Assembly: GCF_009914755.1 (NCBI RefSeq)
Contig: NC_060940.1
Source of the DNA: the human T2T-CHM13v2.0 reference genome, Homo sapiens
Direction: 5' to 3' (one strand)
Length of the DNA stretch: 64,000 nt
Positions 30,702 to 45,054 of this stretch are shown in pieces. Below the pieces are notes generated by a model, which saw nothing but the letters and a program-made list of their open reading frames with translations, was not told where the DNA came from and made no database searches. The position numbers and the translations under genes were made by a program. Within the stretch, counting starts at the first letter, position 1; each line of letters starts with the position of its first letter.

Positions 30702-32766
30702 TGACTAGATGCATCTGGGAAGTGCCACACCCACTGAGAGAGACCAGGATTTTGGCTAAACCAACATAATTTGAACATATCTTTGGAGAGAAAATGCCAA
30801 GTGTGGATGGAGAAAAGAAGTAAACCTGAGGCTGAAGAGGGAGGGAACTGAGGTGCTTGAACACTATGGCTGGTTCCTAGCCCTTAACAGTGCCTGCGGA
30901 AGAGATGAGTGAAGAGACTGGGGTAGGCTTCCCACTCTCACTGTGGACCTCTGGGATCCTAGCTACAGGGAAACCCACACCCACCATGGACATGTGAGCT
31001 TGTAGGATCTCCCTAGAGATTAGATAGAGATGGGTCTTCAGCAGGCATAGTGCCAGGGACACCAAAAAACTGCTAATTCTCTACCCTGTGAAACCAAGGG
31101 CAAGAATCTAACAACAAAGACCCTGTATAGAGACTTAGCCCTCTGAAAACTCCCAGAAATGAAGCCACCAACTGACTACTCGATTTACACCACAGTTAAA
31201 TGAACACCAACCCTCCTAGATAAGAAAAAAATCAGTGCAAGGACTCTGGCAATTCAAAAAGCCAGAGTATCTTCTTACTTCCAAACTAGCCCAATCACTC
31301 CCCAGCAATGGTTCCTAACCGGTCTGAAATGACTGAAATTACAGACATGGAATCCAGCATCTGGATGGCAAGGAAGCTCATGGAGATCCAGGAGAAAGTT
31401 GAAACTTAATCCAACGGAGCCAAGCAATCCAGTGAAATAATTCAAGTGCTGAGAGACAAAATAGCCATTTAAAGAAAGACCTAAACTGAACCTCTTGAGC
31501 TGAAAAATTTACTACAAGAATTTCATAATACAATCCGAAGGACTGACAGCAGAATAGACAAAGTTGAGGAAAGAATTACAGAACGTGAAGACCAGTTGTT
31601 CAAATCAACTCATTCAGACAAAAATAAAGAAAAAAGAGTTAAGAAAGATGAACAAGGCTCTGAGAAATATGGGATTATGTAAAGAGACCAAATCATAACT
31701 CACTGGCATCCCTGAGAGAGAAGGAGAGAGAATACGCAACTTGGAAAATATATTTGAGGAAAGAGTCCATGAAAATTTTTCTAATTCTGCTAGAGAGGTT
31801 GACAGGCAAATTCAAGAAATACAGAGAACCCCAGCTAGATACTATACAGGATGACTATCCCCAAGGTCCATATAAATCAGATTCACCAAGGTCAACACAA
31901 AAGAAAAAATCTTAAAGGCAGCTAGGGAGAAGGGTCAGGATATACACAGGGAACCCCATCAGACCAGCAGCAAATTTCTCAGCAGAAATCTTATCAGCTA
32001 GAAGAGATTGGGGATCTATTTTTAGCATCCTCAAAGAAAACAAATTCTAATAAAAAATTTTATACCCTTGCCAAACTCAGTTTCATAAGTAAAAGAGAAA
32101 TAAAATCCTTCTCAGAAAAGCAAATGATGAGGGAATTTGTTTCAACTAGACCAGTCTTACAAGAGGTCTTTATGGGAGAGCTAAACATGGAATTAAAAGA
32201 ACGGCACCTGCTACTATAAATAATTAAGTGCAAAGCCTGTAGTATAAAGCAACTACACAACCAAGTCTACAAAATGGCTTATAACATGATGACACAGGCA
32301 AACTCTTACATATCAATACTAGTGCTGAATGTAAATGAACACCCCATTTAAAAAACACAGAGTGACAAGTTGCATAAAAAGACAAGACCAAGCCATCTAC
32401 TGTCTTCAAGAGAACCATTTCACATGTAGCAACACCAACAGGCTCAAAATAAAGGTTGAAGAAAGATCTACTATGCAAATGGAAAAAAAAAGAGTAAGAG
32501 TCACTATTCTTATGTCAATTAAATGGGCTTTAAACCTTTAAAAACTAAGAAGGAAAAAAGGAGGTCATTATGTAATGATAAAGGGTTCAATTCAACAAGA
32601 AGGCTGAACTATCCTAAGTATAAACACATCCAGCATTGGAGCACCCAGATTCATAAAACAAGTTCTTTGTGACTTACAAAGAGACTTAGCCACACAGTAT
32701 TAGTGGGAGACTTCAACACCCCACTGACAGTGTTAGACAGATCATTGAGGCAGAAAACTAACAAAC

Positions 32767-33058
<292 letters not shown>

Positions 33059-34739
33059 CTAACACAGAAACTCTAGACTTAAGCTCGACACTTGACCATT
33101 ATGACATAAGAGACATCTACAGAACACTTCACCCAACAACCATATACATTCTCATCTGCACACAGAGCATATTCTAAGATTGACTACAGGTTGGGTCATC
33201 AAATAAGTCTCAAATTAAAAAAATCAAAATCATATCAAGCATTCTCTTGGACCACAGTGCAATAAAAATAGAAATTGATGTAAAGTAGGTCTTTCAAAAC
33301 TACACAAATACATGGGAATTAAATTACTCCTCTATAACTACTAGGAAAACATCAAAATTAGTGCACGTTTCAAAAAATTCTTTTAAATTAATGAAAATAG
33401 AGACACAACTTACCAAAATCTCTGGAATGCAGCTAAAGCAGTGTTAAGAGGAAAGTTTATACTGCTAAACAACTTCATCAAGAATCGAGACAGTTCTCAA
33501 ATTAACAATCTGTCTTTGTTCCTAAAGGAACTAGAAGAAAAAGAAAGAACCATTCCCAAAACTAGCAGAAGAAAATAAATAACTAAAATTAGAGAAGAAC
33601 TGAATGAAATTGAGACACAAAAATCCATACCCACTCGCTTGCTATAGAAGCAACATACAATTCTGCCATTTACAAAGATTAAAAAAAAACTAAAAGATTG
33701 TTCTTAAAACTTATTTTGTTCTTTTTTTTTGATCCTTCTTTTAATAAGCCTCTTTACCCCTTTAGCTCTGTGGACCAAATCAGAGGTATATCAATCCAGA
33801 AATGCATAAAAAAAAGCTGTTTCATGACCAAGTGAGGTACATTTGAAGGCATACAAGATTGTTCTGATATTAAAAATTATTTGAAGTTTTAAAAAATCAC
33901 ATAAGGCTATTAAATATCAAATACACACATAATTGAACAAGATACTATTTAAGTACAAGCACCTGTATGAAACATGTGTTGAGAAAAGAATCAAGAGAAT
34001 GACAAAATTATAGACACTGGTTACCTCTTAGGGGAATCAGGGGATTGGAAAATGAAGAAGCATACAGTTGATGCAATAATATTGTCAATAGCCTACTTCT
34101 TGGAGTGCGTGTTGGGGTCATAACTGGTTGGTTATTATTATACTTGATAACTTCCATATTGTGGCTTGTATTTTCATATGTATCAAATATCGTATAATAG
34201 ATCTTAAAATTTAAGGAAAAAGAAATTTGTGTAAGTAATAGAAATTCTACAATTAAACTCATTTTAAAACCGATAAAGAGAAGTAAAATATAAATTTGTC
34301 TACTATTTCAACCTGTCTCTAAGTTCAATATCAATTTAAAACCTTTTAATGTTATATTTGGTAATAAAAAGAAATGTGTTTTCTTGGTTGGGCTGGATAG
34401 CTGTATTGCTGAATCAGCTGGTTTTTACACTAAGAAAATTATTACTGGAAGAAATGTATATTCTGTACTCTCAGAAATGTTTTTTACCTTGAAATATTTG
34501 GTAATTTTGATTTTAAGTGAGGCTAGCACCATTGGCTGGTTATTTTAACAGAGCCAGAAATAAAGAAATCCAGCTAAAGGGTGAAGAATTTTGGCGCTAA
34601 CTCTAATGGGCAACCCTGCAACATGTTTCTTAGTGGGAAGAGGAATCTTGCTAGGAAAAAGATGAATTAGAGCTATGTCCAAATATCCAGTAATGGAGAT
34701 TTTATATAGATATCTATTATTATTTCAGATTACAAGGAA

Positions 34740-34898
34740 TATAAGAAATTATTAATGTTAATGAGATATGCTAGAAACTTTCTCATATGAAGTCTTTGAA
34801 ATCTAGCATGGGTTTTACATTTAAAGCACATGTTAATTTGGACTAGCCACATTTTAAGTTCTTAATAGCCATGTGACTACCATATTGGATGCACACCT
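34740..34898 (+). mobile_element. MER33-like hAT-Charlie DNA transposon fragment
   Basis: AAGTCTTTGAAATC...TTTGGACTAGCCACATTTTAAGTTCTTAATAGCCA...CCATATTGGA. Confidence 0.7.
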
Positions 34899-36574
34899 AT
34901 ATCTATAGCAACCTCAGTTAAACTTGTTAAAAGCAACCAAGGTGGAAATACTTTTGCCAAAATTAAGGATTGAATGAGACCAATTAGTTTATGATTTTGA
35001 ACTATTTATCTTTGTGTCTATCTCAGACATCTCTCAGATTGTGTAAATCATTGCTTTTGAAATGAGGTTTGCAGATTAATCTGCTAGCTGATAAAGAGGG
35101 AGGGGGTCCTACAGGTTGATGTTCCATCTGGATTGACTGGTAGGTAAAACAAGCAACAACCCAAAGGAAATTGGCAAAGATAAATAAGATAGAAATTCCA
35201 AGAACAACACTGGAAACGGCCAAGGCAGCAGGTTGGAGCCATATCAATTTCAGGAAGACAGGAATATTAAACACAAAAAGAATTTAGCAACTGAAAAAGA
35301 AAAGAGCTTCTGGGCAAAGAGTGTAGGTAGGGTTTTACCACAGCGATGAGGATAATATCGGTATTGGCAAGCAAATAGTGTATCTCCTCTTTCCACGTCC
35401 CCAAAATGATATGTATATGACATTTTCCCCTCAATTTTTCTGTTTTTATTAATATTTTATTTCCAGAGAAAGATAATTTTAATTAGAGTTAAATGGAAAG
35501 TAAAATTAAATGATCTTTTTAACATGTTGATCACTTACATTGCCTACTGAGATTAGAACGTTGCGTCTTATTCCTAAATTTCTAATAGGTTTATTTTTCG
35601 GCTTAGAATGTTGTCTAGATTATCTCTTGCTTGGCTCTGTTATTATTTGAAATGAGATCATAGAGAATGTTGTTAGCAGAGTTTCTATTCCCATGCACTA
35701 ATCAAAGTACATAAATCATGATAATTGACCTGGGCTTACTATTGTTCCTCCTTCTAGTTAATTAGAGATACAGTCATATAGTTATCAGGACTAGATAAAA
35801 GAAGTAGGATGCACTAATTGAATGATTATTTTGAATATTAGAGACTCGGTATATAGTACATAATCATGACTGGCTATTTGAGATAAAAGTCTGTGTTTAC
35901 TTGAGTTTCAGAAACAGGATTTTGGGCACTAAAAGTTAAAATAATCTTCTTAAAATCAACTCACATTCTTGTAGTTAAAATAACTTGGGTCTCTAGTCTC
36001 AAGGCTCAAGGTAGATACATGAGCTAAATAATGGGCTTAGACTGACTGGTTTCTCTCTTTCTAACATTTTCTGAAATAAAAGAAAGTGCATATGTCTTGA
36101 CAGTGTCATGAAGGGTACACTTAATTCTTCCCTAATAATTTGAATGAAAGATCAATTTAATAGGGTAAAGAAAGAATCCTACCTTTCCTTTTGCCATCTT
36201 TAACTTCAAGCAAGGGTAAATGATGAAAAAAAAAAAGCTATCATCACTCCTATAGTAAAATCATGTAAGTGACTTTCTTTAACTGATTTCAAATAAAATA
36301 AAAACAAAGAAATGGCCTGAGAATCAGAGTTACAAACTGCTCAGTGAAAGGTTTTTAAAAAGCTCAGCTACTATCTCTCAGGATTTATTAAAAAAAACAG
36401 AATTGGATATATGTAAAGTATTATACTGCACAACATAGAGCTTTATCTGTGGAACTGAATGTACTGTCTTTCCTTCACTTTTACAAACCTCTTGTTCTAT
36501 GGTTACAAAATTGATTACTGATCATGATATGAATCAGTCTGATGAGAAAATAAAACATACTTTATGTGTTTCTT

Positions 36575-37220
36575 CTTTTTAACTAAACTTATATTTTGAG
36601 ATAATTATAGATTTATATGCAGTTGTAAAAATATAATGCCCCATGTATACTTTACTCAGTTTTGCCAGTGGTTACCATGTTGCAAAACCATAGTGCAATA
36701 TCACAATTGGGAAAATGTCATTGATGCAATCTACCAATTTTATTTAGAATTGCCCATTTTTACATATACTTGTATGGGTATTTAGTTTTTATCACATGTG
36801 CAGTTTGGTGTATCCACATGTGTAGGTCAAGATACAGAACAGTTGCATTACCAAGCATCCCTCATGTTAGCCTTTTATAACTACATCCACCTGATTCCAC
36901 CCTGCACTCCCATTTTGAACCCCTGGCAAGTCCTAATATATTATCCATCTCTGTGATTTTGTTATATCAAGAAGAAGGTTAAATAGACAGAATCATATAA
37001 TATGTAACCTTGAGATTGGCACATTTCCCTTAGAATTTATTCATGTCGTTCTGTGAATTAGTAATTCATTCCCTTTTATTGCTGGGTAGTATTCCATGGT
37101 ATAAATGTACCATAGTTTTCTCAAAACCATTCACCTGTTGAAAACCATCTGGTTTGTTTCCAGTCTTCTGGTATTGTAAGTAAAGCTGCTATAAACACTT
37201 ATCTATGGTTTTGTGTGTGT
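36575..37220 (-). mobile_element. L1MC-type 3' end
   Basis: TTTTGAGATAATTATAGATT...TTGCAAAACCATAGTGCAATATCACAA...AAAGCTGCTATAAACA. Confidence 0.75.
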
Positions 37221-38949
37221 GTGGTCTTTGTCTCTGTTTTGGAATACAAATGTAAATTTCTATGGACTTTTGCTATGCTAACTTTATTTAAAATTGTAAG
37301 TTAAAAAAGGTACGTAGATATCAGTAATGCCATTGAAGGTGTTTAACAAAAATATGCTTTATAGTCCCCTAATTAAAAGTAGTTTTTAGATCAAATTTTC
37401 CTTGAAAGAAAAGAGAGATCATTCTAGGGAAAACCCTCAGCAGATGGAGAATTTAAAACGTCATTTTCAATGGATTCAAGGAGAACCCATGCCTTCTTTA
37501 ACATTAAATTTCCAGTGAGTTCTACTAGTGTAAGATGGGTACTCTCCCTGAGCAGTCTGCACCCAGGTGAATGAAGGCAAGAGGAGTTGAGCCCTGCAAG
37601 ACCATTTCTCTTGGCACCTTCTCCTGATCAGTCTTGTCATTTCTCTTTTCTTGGGGGAAAGAGAATGAGGAATTGACACAGGATTGAGTGTTAAAGTAAT
37701 TGAGGTCCCTCCACTTTCCATGTGGGAGGACACATTAAGAGTTAGAAATGGTCGTTCCTACCCTTCAATGATATCATAACACCAAACATTACAACGCAAA
37801 ATGAGTGCCATTTTGGATCCTTTAGAATTAGTTAATGGTGTTTTTGAATACTAGGGAGCTCATGAAGAAGAGTGTTTTCCTATTTGTTCAGCTGAGGAAC
37901 AAGACCTTGCTGAGGCAAAAGCTTTAATACCATTTATCAGAGACTTCAGTGAAAGTGACATATTCAGAACTTGCAGCAAAGAGAGTTCAATGTTTTCAGG
38001 GCATTCTTTGTGTTGTTAATAGGGTAGGGGATTCTGAAAACCACTTGAATAAGATAAAAGAGTATCACTGTCCTTGGAAAAATTCAGAGATGTGGTGTAT
38101 CTCCAAAGGAAAGTAAAGTTTAAAACCACAAATTCCACACAATACTCACTTGCTTTCTAATACCGCTCTATTGCTACAAATGAGTCAAAGGTTTGAATAC
38201 TTCACTAAACTATAAAGCAGAGCTCATGATAGTAAATCAGGCAGACAATCATAAGCTTAACTCTGTGTCATTCTTGCTTCCGTTTTAAAGATAAAGCAAT
38301 TCCTAGTCTCTGGTTCTGTCTACATGTTTAGGGTAGAGGCTGTACATTATTGCCCTTCAGAAGTGGGGACTGTTGGGTTTTTGTGTTAAGGTCATTTAAG
38401 TCACAAAAAACAGCAATTTCTCTCTGCCTCTGCAAATTAAACACACTCCCCGTCGTGTTGTAATGGATTTCAGTCCTTTGTAATTAAAGATCCAACTGTT
38501 CACCTCTTGAAACCAAGCACTTTTTACCACATTGTTGCTTCATTTATCTCCGAGGAAAGACACGGACCCACCCATTTGCTATTGGAGTGACGCAGTGTGC
38601 TCTGTATTGCTGGCAGTAACACTGTAATAAAAGTGAACAGCAGACGTTTTGGAAGAGAACCATTACCTTGACTCTCTAATGAGTTTTGTTTTACAAGAGC
38701 TTTTCAGTAAAAGAGATTTACAATGGAAGAAACCTCAAAGTAAGATGACTGGCTCTTCAGAGTGTTATCCTTACCCAGAGTGATTAAAATATATCCTCTC
38801 TAGTTCTTTAGCTGGACTTTAAGTTGCCTTTTTCCAGTATTTCCTTTTGCCTTCCATAGCAGAAATTTCATTTCTTGCTTATTTTCTTCTCTTTCACTTC
38901 TGACTCATTCCATGTTCTCACATGACCCCATGACAAATTGTGCTCTGAC

Positions 38950-39460
38950 TGTGTCCGATTCTGAGTTTCCCAGAAAGCAAAGCCTGAGGCAGAGTGAATA
39001 GGTGCTATTAACAAAGGATGCATGAGTGAGCAAGAAGGGAGGGATGTAGGAAAGGAGGAAGACTTAACGTGAAGGTGCATTTGACACTGCTGTTTGTTGA
39101 GTGTGACTGTTTGCTAGAGCCATGGAAACAAGCCCCCAAGAAGCTGAAGAAAGTGCCTTGCAGCCAACTTGAGTAAAGGGGGAAAATTCATTCAGTGGGT
39201 CCTATCTCTGATTGTTCAAAGGTCACCTATCCCATGGAGATTTGCACTTCTAGTGATGCACGTATGGACATATGCATCCCATTGGTTCTCCTGGGGAAGT
39301 CAGCAAGGAAGGCCTGTGCTGAAGGAGGGGTGCTGTCAGAGAATGTCTGCAAGAAGCCAGCCAGAGTTCATGCAGAGCTGGTTGTCAACCGCAGCAGCTG
39401 GAATAGAAGACAGTTGAAGCCTAGAGGATCTGAAGAGCTGCCCAAGATGTGTCCAACGCA
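38950..39460 (-). mobile_element. Old ERVL-type LTR (LTR33/LTR16-like)
   Basis: TTTCCCAGAAAGCAAAGCCTGAGGCAGAG terminus and a local rise in GC. Family uncertain. Confidence 0.45.
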
Positions 39461-40769
39461 CATTGCAATTGCTTCCTATAAATTGTCAGTCTGTGCAGAA
39501 GCACAAGTGAAACTTGTCTCTGCAATTGAGAACTTAAAATAGTCTTGGAAACATGGTCTTGGGACTATGTACTTATGTTTTAAGAGATTGCTAATTCAAT
39601 CCTGTTTGAGCAAGTAGGAAATAGAGATCACACATGTTTCATTCTGCATTCCCAATATGAAACACAAAGTTTGCCACAAAACAAATGCTCAACACAACTT
39701 TTAATAATAATGACTGTTTATGTGTGAATTACATTTTAGGGCCACTAGAACTTACAAATTTAGTCATTAAAAGAATAACTCTGATATATTTTATGACACT
39801 AGTTGCTGTCGCATGATAAATCATAGTATTAGGTTTAGTCTTTGACATGCTGGGGTCATTTAAGAAGTCTGCTCCTAATTGTCATTTCAACTCAGAAATT
39901 GCTGGGGACTGTGTGTCCATTTTTATCTGACTTGTCTGGCTTGTTTAAGCCCAAAGTCCTAGATATGGAGTGATGTTATCTAATATGGGCTTGAAGCCAC
40001 TTTCGATAGATAGCTCAGAGAATGGCCACCTGTGCTTTTTCATATTGAGCTGCCTTAGGGACTCTTATCTAAAATGGTTCACTAAGAGCCCTAAGCTGCT
40101 ATAGACAAACAGAATGTTAAAAAAATAATCAATTAAGTAAGTCAAAGCAATATTACATTGGGCCAAGTTTATTTGGCTTTCTTTATTACAGTTTTTCCTG
40201 CTGACTATTTATTGTTTTTTGTTTGAAAGGGAAGTGAATTATGCATAGACTGAATCTTAGGAAATATTTAGCTATTAGATATTTAAAACATAAATCCATA
40301 TTGCTATAGAAATATTAATTCACATTCTTGATTAAATTACAACCAAACGATTTGCATCTCTTTCTAGTAAAATTCAAGCAACTGATTTCTTTCAAGTCTG
40401 ATAATAACACCTTTTAGTTAGATCTTTTGTGCTCTTTTAACATTTTCTTTTGCAAAATACATCCCATATTGCTAGAGATAAAAGGATTTTGAAACCATCT
40501 TTGAATAAAGTTTAAGATGAATGTCTTTCTTTATCCAGTAGCAGAAATGAAAAAAAAAAAGCAAACAAATAATTTTGTACTCCTAAATCTTCATTTCAAG
40601 ACTTAATTGTCCATAAAATCTGCAGAATTCACCTATCCAATTGATAGGAAGATTATTTTCTTGTTTTTCTTGTTGTTTTAGAAATAAGAGTGGAAATGAG
40701 CGTGCATTTTGATGAAACATGAGCACCCAGAATGAGTATTCATGGGTCCACTTCCTCGCTTGTCCCAGT

Positions 40770-41221
40770 ATCTACATCATTTAGTTGAGGGACATTGAAA
40801 TTTCTCCCATATAAGGAGTAGAATCTATTTTCCCACCCTTTGACTCTGAGTTCTACCATGGAACCAAGAGAAATAGCTGGGGGTCACTGTGCCTGTCCAA
40901 ACCTGGGAAAGCACATACAATATGTCTGAATATATTTCTGCTTTCCTTCTTGTGCCTCTGACACTGCCTCGAGGAGAATGTGTCCAGGTGAGGCCACTGG
41001 CTCCAGGAAAAAGATGAAAAACACAAGGAGCAAAACTGTTCATCCCCACTCCTCCACCTGAGCCACACACTGGCAAGCCGGCCAAGATTTGCAGAGCCCA
41101 GTCCAGTCTAGGTGAGATGATACCTTTACCACCCAGTCAATCCACAAACATATAAGCTATTAATAGAATGCAAATAATTCTTATTTAAAACTATTACTTT
41201 TGGGGATAGAGAACTGATATA
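40770..41221 (+). mobile_element. Old MLT1 (H/I-like) LTR
   Basis: GAATCTATTTTCCCACCCTTTGACTCTG, CTTGTGCCTCTG...GAGAATGTGTCCAGG, ending AACTGATATA. Confidence 0.6.
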
Positions 41222-42586
41222 GTACGTATGTGTTTGCTACCCACAGTCACCTTTAAAATACAAACATTATTGTCAATATGTTTAATAATATTTCTGCAAA
41301 AATTTTAGCTAATATTTGCCCTGTAGCTATGATATGACTAGCAATGGAGAAATACTACTCTACTTCCTTTACTGAAGGGTTCTCTAGAATATACATATTC
41401 AGATGGTACCAAAATCAGTTCAATTTCATTTCATCCCATGAGGAATCTGAAAGTGCTATCCTTCACAGTAGCTTGTACATCCTTAGCAAAATTTTGCAAG
41501 TTTACACAGAGCATTTGTGGTATAACATTATCCACAGTGTTGCTTTCCATTAATCAGTCTACCTTACTTATTACACATTTATTGAATGCCTGCTTTCTCT
41601 AGATCTAAAAATATATATGTGAAGGGGAAAGCCACTACACTTAAGAATAATACTTTATCACTAGAGAAATCAAATCTAAGTTAACTTTCACAGAAGTATA
41701 TGAGAAATATGAAAACTTGATGTCATTTTGGAGTGTGCTCAAATAGATACGTTTAGAGGCTGAGAAGGGTGATATTTTTCAAAAGGTATTTGACATGGTA
41801 GTTGTTTTCATGTAGATTGAATTGATTTCCCTTTTTAAAAACTCTAAGAGAAAATGTTTATCCTAGATTTCAATTTTAATACTATTGAAATTTTTCAGCA
41901 ACAGTTTTTTAAACCACCATACAAAAATCAGTCACAAATTTAAAAAAAAAATCAAAATTTTCCTTTCTCAATTCACTTTTTCCTGTATTCATTTGATGTG
42001 TCTTCCCTTGAAGTCAACCTATTTCAAGACCTAAAAAATGTCTTGTTCATTGCAGAGTCTCAGAAATTATTTCCCAAATGAATAAATCATTAAATATCAT
42101 TTCATTTATAGGATACCTAGATTTGGACTATAGTGCAATGTTTTTAAAGAACTGTTTTAGGGCTGCAAATGTGAAAAACATATGCTACAAGAAACTGTGC
42201 CCAGATCCCAGGGAGTGAAGCCAATGTTCCCTTTTTAATATTTGCCACTGTTAATTGCTAATCAGAAATGGCATCAAATAATTCCTCAGGCACGCTTCTG
42301 GTCCTTGTTTTATCTGCTGCTGGGTCATGGCACATTTAACTGGGACACAGTCCTGGGAAAACCTTTCTTCCTAGCCCTCATCTAAATTGTTTGTAGATAA
42401 AAAGAAACTCTCTATTTCCTAAGCCAAGATAGCAGAGCCTCACACCATCTCTCCTATTACAGAAGCAGAGAGAGGATAGTGTAGATGTCAGGATTTGGTG
42501 CTTCAGCATCAGGTTACCTGAATTCAGATCCAGTCTACACAAGTCACTCTTTGTAGCCTTAAGTAAATTACTTAACACTCTGTTCT

Positions 42587-43038
<452 letters not shown>

Positions 43039-43175
43039 TTATCAGTGTACTACTTGGAAATCAGTTCTATCTCTATGGCTGTGGGTGAGTACTTTTTAAT
43101 CGTTCATCTCTATCAGCTCTTCCTTTGGTAATTAACAGCAAACAGAGCACATCTTCCTTGTATAAAAGCTGATAG

Positions 43176-43480
43176 GGCTGGGGGCAGTGGCTCACGCCTG
43201 TACTCCCAGCACTTTGGGAGGCCAAGGTGAGAGGTTTGCTTGAGGCCAGGAGTTCAAGACCAACATGGGCAACATAGCCAAACCCCCGTGTCTACAAAAA
43301 ATTAAAAATGTTAGCCGGACATGATAGTGTGCCTACCTATAGTCCTAGTTACTCAGAAGGCTGAGGTGGAAGGATCATTTGAGCCTGGGAGGTCCAGGCT
43401 GCAGTGAGCTATGATTGTGCCACTGCACTGCAGTCTGGGTGACAGAGCGAGACACTATCTTGAATTAAAAAAAAAAAAAA
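43176..43480 (+). mobile_element. AluJ-type SINE
   Basis: TTGAGGCCAGGAGTTCAAGACC, GAGCTATGATTGTGCCACTGC and an A-tail. Confidence 0.92.
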
Positions 43481-44768
43481 GGCCTCTGTAATAGTTTTAC
43501 TTTCTGAGTACAGAACGGGGCCCCATATGCAAAGAGGACCTAGCCTGCCTTCTGTGCTCTTTTCTTGCAGACAACCTCACCATCTTAAACACTAGGAGTG
43601 CTTACTAAGAATTTATGGCCTATGGAACTGGTCAGAGCATTTTATAATATAATTCCGCTGCAGAGACTCAGAAACAATGCACTATTTCAAGTAAATGTTG
43701 CCTTCTTCATTTGTAGGGATAGACTCTGGAGACGCCGGTGAAAAGAAAACATAATTTGCCTGGATGCAAAATGTTTCAGTCTGTTCTTTCCTCTAAACAT
43801 CTCCCACTTTCAATGCTCTATTTTATTACACCAGGGAAGAAAACTCAATTGCGTGCTATTGTGACTTTTGTGGCTACATTCTCAATTTGCTCTCTTTGTT
43901 CCTGAGCTAGGGGAGGTCTGTGTCTCATGACAGAAGCAGTGGGGACTCACTAGGGTCCTTCATGGGGCAAATAGTAAAATCCCCAAGGCCTAAATCCTAC
44001 AAATGAACGGTTTTTGTATGCTAGGCTGACACACAAAATATATTCTGAGCCAAATACTTTTTTTCTCATATAGTAATGGCTTAAAAGGAGTAAAGTACCT
44101 TTTTCTCAAAATCACATGTTGATGATGGTAATAGGAAAAGATCCTGAGGATGAGGGATATATCCCATAGGGCTGTCACAAGTAACTCTGTGGTCCAAAAT
44201 ATTTTCTGGGCAAGTGTTGAGGCCCTGAGGGTGTCAGGAGCATGAAAACGGAAACATTGTTTCTTTAACACAGGGCATAAGAGAATCACATTTTCATAAC
44301 CTTTCTAAATTTTCTGAGTTAATTTATGTTAGCAACCCAAACTCAAGGAACAATTAATAGGTTTGTATCTTCGGATAGAACTCAAATGATTAACATCTTG
44401 AAATCCAAAAATCTGTACTTGCTGATACTGGTTGGAGGCACTTTACCTGGTTGGTGGCCAGAACTTCTATTACATTTTGTCACAGATCATAAAATGGGCC
44501 TGAGTGCCCTGGATCCACAACATACAGTGGATGAAATATATTAATGGAATAAAAACAGCATCTGACAATTCCATTCTCTGGGAATAGTCTCATTGCAATA
44601 TATTCTTCATTATTAAACACTTTGGTAAATAATGTGAACACTTAAAGAACACATGCATGGAACTAAAAAAAAATGTGTTTTGATTGTCCGGTGTGTGTAT
44701 GCATGCACGTGAGAACACACACACACACACACCAATTTTTTTCTATCATTTTATTGAATTGCTCCTTT

Positions 44769-45054
44769 TTTTTCCTTTTTTTTTGAGATGGAGTTTTACT
44801 CTTGTTGCCCAGGCTAGAGTGCAGTGGCTCACTGCAACTTGCACCTCCCGGGTTCAAGCGATTCTCCTGCCTCAGACTCCTGAGTAGCTGGGATTACAGG
44901 CACTTGTCACTGCGCCAGCTAATTTTTGTATTTTTTGTAGAGAGGGGGCTTCAACATGTTGGCCAGGCTGGTCTTGAACTCCTAACCTCAGGTGATCCAC
45001 ACGCCTTGGCCTCCCAAAGTGTTGGGATTACAGGCGTGAGCCACCATGCCTGGC
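44769..45054 (-). mobile_element. AluSq-like SINE with a small internal deletion
   Basis: GAGTTTTACTCTTGTTGCCC diagnostic. TSD TGCTCCTTT at 44760-44768 and 45055-45063. Confidence 0.93.

Noticed and set aside
35023-35274. Hydrophobic 83-aa minus-strand ORF resembling a small membrane protein
   Set aside because: Non-ATG start and no recognisable family. Hydrophobicity is expected from a T-rich strand, and there is no splice or promoter support.
43571-43690. Exon-like 120-nt segment (polypyrimidine-CAG acceptor, GTAAAT donor)
   Set aside because: It has stops in all three frames and a weak donor. Such pseudo-exons are common, and only RNA data could support a non-coding exon.
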